Shown piece after piece: positions 23,201 to 29,366 of a stretch of 41,161 nt of DNA. The stretch comes from Aduncisulcus paluster (lineage: Eukaryota). The stretch covers positions 1 to 41,161 of the forward strand of contig BQXS01010044.1 in the NCBI GenBank assembly GCA_024181965.1, in the 5' to 3' direction. The notes under the pieces are model-generated. The model had not been told where the DNA came from. It searched no databases and saw only the letters and a program-made list of their open reading frames with translations. A program made the position numbers and the translations under genes. Positions within the stretch are counted from its first letter, which is position 1, and every line of letters begins with the position of its first letter.

Positions 23201-23258
23201 AAGGAGGACAAAAACACACCACAAACGTAAATATATTGTTGAACATTCAAAGAAATAA
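11202..23258 (+). CDS. Giant type-I membrane protein: signal peptide, repeated beta modules, EGF-like repeats, REJ/PKD-like region, single TM
   Basis: Signal-like MRLQFYIISIFIVLFNLFLG from ATG 11202 (alternative start 11151). Tenascin-type EGF cluster at ~18170-18850, YKWSC/LKWSC motifs, TM MFLFIGGFSVVGILLILAILLIV (~22611-22679) followed by basic RKAHKKHRR. About 3,927 aa after gap correction. Confidence 0.88.
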   Translation: MRLQFYIISIFIVLFNLFLGSNSENISSFMMIAEEEKVTFNSIDSKLYIFNQDSISDLQRANPDELERVHFYGLSGSEIRLYSNEVQSSGNSSVSYFNPPLLDSVSILDTSGAEVTLPILFGGPANSLVEYEESSPEAPDVISLVPLDAANAIDHASLGTIPISTIGIHPEVPNGRYLLFICEAALNRAVIDYYNENMIHILTVRFTDVTCDTSMKLHLKYDSDNGINLAIVDETATTMYASVYSTPLGDMHVANYFPVTSGSPNIELGRKTNDLFRIHSTHSCDLPISESSPCLASFRRTDSMILPHEDENTYFGELALISRLGVAASYAIFSSIASMFQSLSNGTASTLPSAVSVPLSDGTLQSISTIRVTCTEYHDTYEFISGVNTIYTIETSYTYPRTEEEFPLANDSDVRIGILILSSSSMICVWSQGGADLSSCVMIAYNNVDTGEFNVSAVRYDNNGANSDDDLVWVTATLDDSSQFLGDLTSITDMTLKVSPSMFKGRISDYFVFEMSTKSYWPESLLPLSLDALISATDDELAAATDAYLYAEASMEAVTGDARILIDCERTSASSTTELVYASNLSYTCESVDGSTAGTKDVNLTLYSYVGDEIVHXXXXXXXXISATDDELAAATDAYLYAEASMEAVTGDARILIDCERTSASSTTELVYASKLSYTCESVDGSTAGTKDVNLTLYSYVGDEIVHEVSIIGVDSTGSFSCLDQGLPYLYGAYDSNQVKMYNVGLMVNEENEYLVEFTALFSVNALGVVSVALHGTGDALGGSTPLDDIRVLGTTRNPLIPLSSSGSTPPDPLPEATITHFDENLTLGSGTYVYSISVMFDSDNTTTDMCVVKYHPSYSMKFMETADIQAGIWTSQWFPNLGYQNTLAVRDSTLAVTDGGCSLDSTNCLVFSRKIPIITDGTTPFLAEYGFVKTEIDDNGDVDKIILVLEGSRTDEAVSGVLYVTVENAFRGDVQEIETMSTLSGNAKNSTEIKNFFNVFSAQCNANGDNASHYPAVTFIVYSTGSIEVIANVSLPHLSTSLDPGYGVDGAWPLRTDIDSLTSSLSKVYVSIPASDFSYYDPPASLYDRDLETIAMDLSAQASYSVIFSPVMYFDSYDPPTLIVNYNSCDPESLSCDHGVCSASQSNSCSCDGEWKIKTGTSVCSSRNTTVSDWTTYTNPFSYKYSMANALEVQYDEFLLKKNSYLDIVRSFVQDKRIFVRGETGSIVRVWSESPTIESGTVTPTFLPDVSLYLYDSSYDMYFTQYFSGYSFDQLSLVSSITEHIPVGIVWTSMTPDNNSTSEENQLISLKPPLPVAVGSVQESVEDTRVFYVQFFKSFTDSSTSGLGSISIGLNLFDEYEDEVGQIVFFSGLMNEDNYNEIDSMSVAVDVDPSSDSYDLFNITTSRAPGGHWFTLLNSSSVMLSLIHMDYLGNVFMFASLGTTDIPGLVFSDLSKPSFFGVSQSSISGLSLVNSSYSFVRFTPTIYSSSNLGSLGPWTGRTYCRNGVVDDTNYACDCTSSYTGSMCTESACSDSEINLCLYLAGGISEVCDVNNYMLTVDTSGYFVGLGPSQSESSTRTNGPYCRILVPKNKTLYIQGGDVSGTIFVLDSAVLGFIGRQFTYEEDDITKFSVTGHPVFQYDQGESDHTYQVVFPPDSYSSDSDDCCNTSSDMITFPAVDSANMIEYGNEYDLPFPLPVPSNFVTTVSWSIEDSDIVWCFNGIYGSTPSGAESDCPFKITGTAYGEGISSSTVSVIADIVNLSDSMEVGEMDFYVQNLDGGLEYLLKIMDNGAIIIQYSAGSSSTYSGDVSISFGSGSSSYLTIDTDTYGISSHVGQIVSFIPVLDSTTVSSAITFLPLTCVNGSVSVNDGEATCECDDRWTGDACDLCTLAYWGDELGGCETPNCNDQCSPDRCVAISNDAAICACSFSTSDDEFEDVTIPNPLSRTIFYGGAEADLELLVDNEDEIYDALRYGTTHEYVCAVVAGPSTTAILRGVSVAGTVVLSSSAQLSIEGAVFIVNGQHVLSKSLLSAAQKASLLTDMYSGIVRWNYVDEFDPYVGSPELASSFTSNSFHSACIVSNPGSYSIETDSGGDTLYDLEFTCEDSYETRIIDGSVSLVRGSYIDDVIGLIASYTSAECGEGQTSCIFDLPVWDFPLYGSSVVALQLYIGTVRLLDDNGDVIGTLTPVNAEVSAPYNIYFDTRETDSDCPCCDHRLIIQSDIETLSYKATVQISMYRTGSISLDYKVDSLTAIDGRIRPELAVSGKSPPDFEVPSETSVSVDTVSQLTGCSSVASEEDAGFEFSLNLLAASQSSSLVVPATQCSNPCVFGECEVNESDERVCACSVRFDGTYCSSCIGGWDSSGATTFIGMATTETACSTATCSFFSFCNYHGECDGDSLTGVQECLCADGYVGSSCDAATPTVECDADCENGGFCYGGTCQCPDGFGGTYCDEYECVDGCSESIGGGECDTSTGVCSCNDNFSGDTCSVYTSDESCQFGVSNGSGCTCQTNYNGTYCQCYNNCSTHGMCREWGCECEDGYSGDGCSVGEEPTIEDVSVDLDTNTITITFENAVSLSSLDDDELDFDCTLIFDADTYFGSCDLSSTGDGQRVLHERMTCSRNESGTQMIITPGYASWLAPGMVLSMSSEVVSRVTRLSADGLEVDLDRNLFPPQNPPVISPFFIQSSVCVCENGGGDDIPIEVSAIWYKGWGRAITSFSLVIEEELMDTYTNELDDLLKDNSTNIISDDPTECSSKFITDFSIPGLLLYNLKAAGHDELVISVRAYSMFSVASAELEFTIELSYEPVVTAFVTRGLEEYPYSYDFLYPIRVKESLCKGDLISNEVTFNAVDFDSTSADDDVSFPSVTPLVYKWSCVNAKANDTFTYDRPDLYATSLSLIQDVYSCSFTIKNKGNPLPIFTNSLEYEARPANLGLSVVESTDANVMISSTSVHPSESVELLIEPKHTMEYLSDSDLDTKSIQINWYVNDSDGRLTYWSDSERLAFHVPEYVAETVSFTAHGLSWVDGDSEIGFIEHIAHIVSQQGDVRVVNGEERNRGGIRVEIFGPSHIHVGAAVSIVSRLSVIDKNNNILQIEEMPEQINGIVLKWSCDSISDDDLITFSREGSLNLSRLSFTGEDTRKIISQTGGEEIQFVLSVSRDSEYDDDDSLIPIDTELPYTILVDSFLTFSRQLDLSSESLDDATTLLDGSEANPFYCDAMSYELHGSANDTCASENIKFNVDTNTIFCDQTDFVAGSMPLSTGKISFTLDPVAFPEGIPANIGMVLHSDEGNTPLIDNISQPSMDIYVPCWTVMGMSEDTSQAVSLETTLSTSGGSRVSETREIYFQRGTADLELAGTDISADIYLTAMKQSIARTALIIREARYRLLDIQVHFDSYTMSEAASRYLLRLVAMTLEIDEIFEEAIDDGLDSSSDTFSELLAAGLYSVQGIFEFAQWFSDNITDEDSLLYGQFHTPWYAQVFALLMKSLRMIVHTYTHILSALPNEGGLSANLDIVEKVFSLVSSNDLHLLSSPPSRIDQFSVVTISQLMIVLVSNLPTIENYITSQIAEHFVYTLYYFANNDMMPIQYALQLMQSTVTKLYLWDEVKSSDIPEDFDLIMGTAPLYHYFKEAITTTAGASISIDMGSLVDTDNNSVGLFDTIVYSYIYHLNESQATDFAYRYKLPNVTEEEFVAALDCYPLIIGLTDESLQAFSCQNDELCIEYTIPAIPSGNSVSENGSSLEKEETEYIIIESPTTPTIADGAIVHPGTPKYDADANVWRFKVNQSGMYAVVHRSVYIKSGFKMFLFIGGFSVVGILLILAILLIVRKAHKKHRRSHPRNNYGLLTSEGKKAVKFLHFYERKLANMKQKAEKAKTKTVDIPEEEFREIGTIENMIINLKSDLESGKYSVPQSSDIQVHEVSAGKEEEAIVKSTNLTVDGEEKGMPMQGLYGDIDDLVSVDESDSRSQGKASLESIHDSVPKQEQEIIPVTHQHSPSHSHSRRTKTHHKRKYIVEHSKK
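12799..13324. other. Assembly artefact: 20-N gap (13052-13071) with duplicated flanks
   Basis: 12799-13051 is repeated at 13072-13324 with one mismatch (tccaac/tccaaa). Confidence 0.92.
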
Positions 23259-23536
23259 GCAAGATTAATAAGAGTTTCATAATATTTTTTTTTTAGTTAT
23301 ATTTTTCTTTCGCTTTTTAATTATTTTTAAAAATATATCGTCATTTTTTATTTTTTTATTATTATTTATACTATCTTTTGTCATTATTTGTGTCATTTTT
23401 CTCTTTATTTTCAAGTATCATTCAAATAGTATAATTTCAACGTTTCCAATGGTCGTTGTATCGAACTCACTCATTTTCTAAATATAGATAAGTTGGTTCA
23501 TTATTTTTCAAAATGTCGATCGTAGGCTTCTTTGTT

Positions 23537-23562
23537 TATATATATAATATATATATATATAT
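23537..23562. repeat. Imperfect (TA)n microsatellite
   Basis: tatatatataatatatatatatatat seen directly. Confidence 0.8.
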
Positions 23563-24656
23563 TTCTGCGATTATCTTCATTTTTCTTTTTGCTTGGTTTT
23601 GCTTTGAGACTCCATTGCCCTGACAAACCTGTTTTTAATCAATCAAAGATTTCTCTCATTTGTGTTGTTTGTTCCAAAAATAGATTTCAAACGGCTCAAG
23701 GAGAAAATATGGCCGAGATAAAATTTGACAAAAAATTAAATTTTTATATTATATTCGTTTCGGGCGTCATTTTCTAAAATGTTGTTATTTAATCTATGCT
23801 TATTATAACATAAACTTGATATATGATTGTTTTAATTTAAATTTTATTTTATTTACTTGCTTAGTTCTTAATTATCGTTGAATGCTGCTAATTTCTTCTA
23901 TCATGAAGAAATTCACGGGATTTTGTTTGATATTCGAATAAGAAATAGATGATTCGGTTTCAACTGGATATATCCTAATATTTTCACATATTACCTTCTT
24001 TACGGTTGGAATTCAATCATAGATCATTCTCGCCGAACTTCTTCGGAGAAATAAATGTTAATATATGTCACGTGACAAAAAGATCAATATAGAATCGAAC
24101 TTGAGGAGTTTTATGATATAAAATAGGAATATAATGTCACGATTTGAGTCAAATATTTTGATTTGTGGAGAGGGGTGTTGAAAATATCATATATGCCTGA
24201 AAATGAAAACATTTGGGAATAAAAGTTGCATATTATCCGTGGTAATTCATAGAAAATAATGGACAATGAATAATGACCAGAGAATTATGTGATGAGCTCT
24301 GGTTTTCGAAATTCAAATGATTCTTTGGATAGACACGAAATACCAAAATATTCAGGATCAAATCACATGCTACACTGTGGCCAGTACCATTTTGATTCAT
24401 GGATTCCCCAATAATAATCCTATAATATGCACGATAATACCGGATATGAGTATCAAAATCCATTGAACTCAAATAACATTCCAGCCTCAAATATGGAGTT
24501 CATAATTTCATTGCATGTTCTTTGTATCCAATTTAAGTGAAAAGGAGGGAATATTCACAAGAAACTCGGAGCAAAACCAAGACATTTCAAAAGAAGTTCT
24601 TTTGACAACATTCCACCGTCAATCACGATTTTTTTTCGATCAAATCTAGATTTCTA

Positions 24657-27600
24657 ATGCATCATGAACATTCGTTTTCGCCTTGTACAGTATGTCGTTG
24701 CTATATTTCAAAGTCGGATTCTGTAAATGGATTTTTATAGTCGTCAATATGAGCTATAAAGGCAAGAACTTTGCTTTATCTACATTCTCCGTTTTTATTT
24801 TATATTATTTTTTCCAACGAATTGAACTTACTAATTTGCTATTGTTTGTCAACATCCAAATATCAGGAAATCTCTGTATCCGATCCAACTCTCGCCACTT
24901 TAGGCGACAAATTGAAGGATCTGATAAAATTCCGAACAACCCATTCAAAAGTTGAGATTAGGAGACTCTTTGATGATATTATCTTATGCCTGAAATATTT
25001 CTTAAAATCCTTCACGACGCCATCTGAGATTGAGGAAAATCGATCAAATTTCATCTATATCTTTGATTACATATCATCATTATTGAAGAGAAGAGACCCC
25101 ACGACTTCGAATCCACTTTTCTTCAAAATGATTATTGGATCGAGTCTCATAAAAAATATACTAAGATCTCTTCTTACTCCGATGTTGAAAGTCGAGGTAA
25201 TTCTGAGAGATAAGAATCCGAGACGAATCAATTCACTCACGAAGGATCTGTTCCTATTTTTAGGAAATTCGATGATGCTATCTCCCCTACACTTCATAAA
25301 TAATATTAGAGACAACGATAAGTGCCATGACTTCCTTGAAACATCGATCAATATCTTCAAACATGGATCATCTATGTCACTTGAAGAAGAATTTGTTGAA
25401 AGTATCCTCGCCAGTGTCAAGATGTTATCCGTTCTGAGCCATACCACGTCTATGCATATAAGTTTCGATTCGTTTTTGCCCTATGTGGTTCCTTGGATGG
25501 AAAAATATCAATCACAACGGTTATGTGGTGATTGGATAACTATTTTGAGAGGATTTATGTATGATCCTTTTGGAGAATCTCTCAATAGTGAACGAATGAA
25601 AAAATGCTGGCATCTCTTTCCTAAGTTGTTTGAGGTTATCAAGAAAGAAGTTAGTCTAGAAAATCCCACTATCAATGTTAAGGATGATCATAATGTTAAG
25701 AGCTCAAAAAGATATGAGTTCGATTTCCAGGATTATTTCGTCAATTTCCTCGAGATTTCTTTTTATTTCTGTTCTTGTTCCCACACAGCTGAAGTATTTG
25801 ACATCTTGAAGGATTCTCTCGATGATATTATCAAATTTGTTGTCACACATCGTGTTGATGGACACATGGCTTCTTTCCTTCAATTGATGTCTTCTTTCTC
25901 AGCTATTCCATCCATTGTTCCTCATATATCACCCAAATATGATGAAGATGTGCTATATTGTCACAGAAATAGAAATTATCATTCACGTAGCGGAAAATAT
26001 TCACTTGAGTCTTTGCAATATTTGAGATATTTCTTGAACTGTCATTCTTCCCCTTCCATTCAAAAATTGGATGAATTGATTGGTACCATTAAAGAATATG
26101 ATGAAGATGAAGGCTTTGACGATGAAGCCTTCGACCAACTCTTCTTGAAGTATCAAGATAGTCTTCTCGAGATACTTTCATCTTGTTGCACATCTGATCA
26201 ATCTATCTGCGATCATCGGATTGAATTAGTATTGTGTGTTGGCTGTTTGGTGTTTTTCTTTTCACAGATGGATCTTTCTCTCTCTGAAGAAATCATTCAA
26301 CTTATTTTTGCAAACTTTTATGATTATCTCTCAAGGATTGTACGGGGCTTGGAAGGAGATATTGACTACGAATTCGGTATTCTATGTGAACACTTTCTGA
26401 TTCTTACATTTTGTGTTGAACCTCTAACGATTCTTGTAAAGATTGAACCAGAATTGAGGTATCTTTTTAAGCAAGGCGCAATGAATAAGTTATGTGGCGA
26501 TACTCCATCTGTCGTCCTTTATATTTGTGATGAATGGGCTTCTGTACTATATGATACCAACCCCGGCAAATTACTCCTTTTAAATATCATTGGCGCATAT
26601 TTTAAGGATTGGTTGAGAATCTATCAAGATCCTCAAGTTTGTGTTCCCTTTTTTTCAATTCCCAACACTATTTCCCGTCAAGTCGATGAAATCGTTGATG
26701 AAAAGTATATAGCTATCTGTACTGAGATATGGCCAATGTTTGATGCTCTTTTTGAACTTTTCGAGGGAAAGGAATCTATGTTCTTTAAGGATGGTTTTTG
26801 CGAGGAGAATATTTTGAATGCTCAAGTTTATCATCTTTTTTACTTGATGGTCCATTTATCGAGTATTCACTCGAATGCCATAAAAATATATGATTTGATA
26901 AATGATATGCTTCCTATTTGGTCTGAGGATATTAGGTGTTTAGAATTAGGTGCAAATAATTCCAGTCTTGACGCCCGACTCTTGGGTAATCTTGTTTCTG
27001 TTTTCTCAAATGTTCCGTCTCTGGTTCCCCATTTATCTCCGCGATTTGATGACATTATGATATGGTGTACGAAAAGGCAGATGAACAATAATGATGTTTT
27101 GAACTACATAAGCAACTGTTACCCCAAACTGAGCCATTGGGTTGATATGGTCAAACATTTACAAATAGGTGTAGAATTCGAGGAGTGTCCTGGCTTTCTG
27201 TATCGTGACGAGATTTTCTCCCTATTTCTTGCCTATCAATCCCGAGAAGAGATTCAAGAGCATAAACTTGAATTTTTGATGTGTATGAAATGTTTGAGGA
27301 CAAGTATCGATGTATTCCAATCTGAAAAGATAGTTTCTTGGATCATTGATCTTGTTGAGAATATGTTCGATCATCTAATTAATGTTCAGCAAATTCTCAA
27401 TATCAATATCATTTCTCAGGGGTTTTGGGAAATATGTTTAAAAATTGCTGCAATTGTTTCTTTTCGTAATGATGATGAGTCTTTTCCAGGTATCGATGAT
27501 TCCCTTGTTGCCTTGTTTCTTTCAAAAATCTCCCCGATTATTGGATGTTATTATGTGAGTGAAGGAACTGAGGGAAGTGGACGCATTATCTCATTAAGAG

Positions 27601-28862
27601 AATTGGAGGTGCTTTTGGATTTGTTAAGAACTGACAATATTACGACTTCTTTGTCTATTCTTGGCATCTTGAAGCCTTTCATCAAACCCTTGATTGACAG
27701 AATTACTATTGAAAACAACGATAAATCTGGAGATTCCTATTCTAAGTGTTCTGTTTTGATTGATATCCTCACAACAATACTGGCACAAAATTCTGATCAA
27801 GAAATGAATCCAACACTTCTTGCTGAAATATGGGATATTTTCCTTGCATTTCGAGAGTTTTTTCAAGATCATTATGGTATATTGTTATTATTTCGTCGAA
27901 TTCCCTTTGGATTCCTCAAATTTCTATCTAAATTATGTTGTGTTCAAGTTCATACTACTTGTGAGATATTTTCTGTCGTAAAGGATAAATTGGATGATTG
28001 GTTACATGTTATTGAAGCAAACGAAAAGATATTTATGATGGAGTTGATTGATCTTGTCATTTCTTTGTCTAAGGTTCCATCCATTGTTCCTCAATTATCA
28101 CCCAAATATGATGATCATATTGCATTGCATTGCAAGCGAGAAGAGTGTATAACTCTTCCTTCATATCTTCAGAATGTGTACTCCCACATTTCAAGTTTTC
28201 TTTTTCCCTCACTCCTCCATTCTATTCCATCCATCTCTCTCATTCCCACAATTGAAACCACACAATACCCGAATGCTACATCGCTTTTGCCAACTACTCA
28301 TTTTTGTGATGGAGTTAAGTATGTGTCTTCAATATCTGCAGGATATTTACAACATCAAGAGATCAGTACCATATGTCTTATCGTTGGAGGAACTGAGCTT
28401 GAATATTCTCGGGTGAGATATGGGGAATTATGTGTTGAAACTTGTGTTGCGAATGAACGAAAGGAAGAAGAAGAAGCTGCTGCCGAGAAGGAAACAAGAG
28501 AGAAGGAGGAAGAAGAGAAGGAGGAAGAAGAGAAGGAAAAAGAAATCACAAGAAACACTCGCCAAGTCACCCATTCTTCACTCATTAAATACACTCCTCC
28601 CCACCACATGCTTGTGACCATGTCCTTTACTGAGGAAAGACCTCTTCGACAATCTGTGTATGACTTTATCGAGCGGACTGGTGCATGTGTGGAAATCCTA
28701 TTTGATGAACAAACATGTTCATTCGAAGGGTTCGATCAGGAAGCTTGGAAGGAAGGCATGGAGGAAGTTGAAGAAGAATGTAAAATGATAAGATCACAAG
28801 AAAGCTCGGGTTGTGAAGATCTTGGTGATTTCTACCCGGCGTTTGCTTCTGGATACATGTAA
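24657..28862 (+). CDS. Orphan helical (ARM/HEAT-like) protein with three ~360-aa repeats; predicted exons 24657-24689 and 24867-28862
   Basis: The long ORF has no ATG near its start (the track uses a TTG). Splicing 24690-24866 gives MHHEHSFSPCT|EISVSDPTL in frame (~1,342 aa). The motif PS(I/L)VPx(I/L)SP(K/R)(Y/F)D occurs three times. Confidence 0.8.
24690..24866 (+). other. Predicted spliceosomal intron (177 nt)
   Basis: Donor GTATGT, branch-like TACTAAT at 24829-24835, and the first AG downstream of it is ATCAG (ends 24866). The phase-0 junction restores the frame, and the interior is T-rich. Confidence 0.65.
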
Positions 28863-29366
28863 AAGTTATCAATGTAACCAATACCAACCTTCGTTTTTTC
28901 CAAGTCTCTGAATGACTGGTTGTAATATATCCATGAATCCAAATCCAGAGCATAATTTGAGTTTATCGATCATTGCAATTTGCAATAATGTTTTCCCTGA
29001 ATAACAAACACGATTTGTCTTATTTTCTCTCATAAATCAAAGATTTATTTATAAAACCCCCTTAATCTAGCAAGAACTAGCATTTTTAGCAAGAATAGAA
29101 ATAAGGTGTTCTATTTTTAGAAAATCTATTTTTAGAATTGTCATTTCAAAAATGTCATAAAAACTCCATTTTCAACGTTTTTGAAGCTTTACTTTTTCTC
29201 CTAGCGGAGTTTGGAAGATAGTTGGACACATAGGTGTAGGCGACGTAATAAAGAGGCTCATAATCTCGGAGAATGGTATGGATGTTTTTAAAGTGAAACA
29301 TTGTCGAACAAAGGATTAATTCCGATATTACAGGAATCTCATTGAATGATTCAGTTTTCATGATGA

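Noticed and set aside
24762-24866. GC-AG intron after ATG 24749
   Set aside because: A 13-nt first exon is out of frame with the first acceptor after the branch point; the GTATGT donor at 24690 fits in frame.
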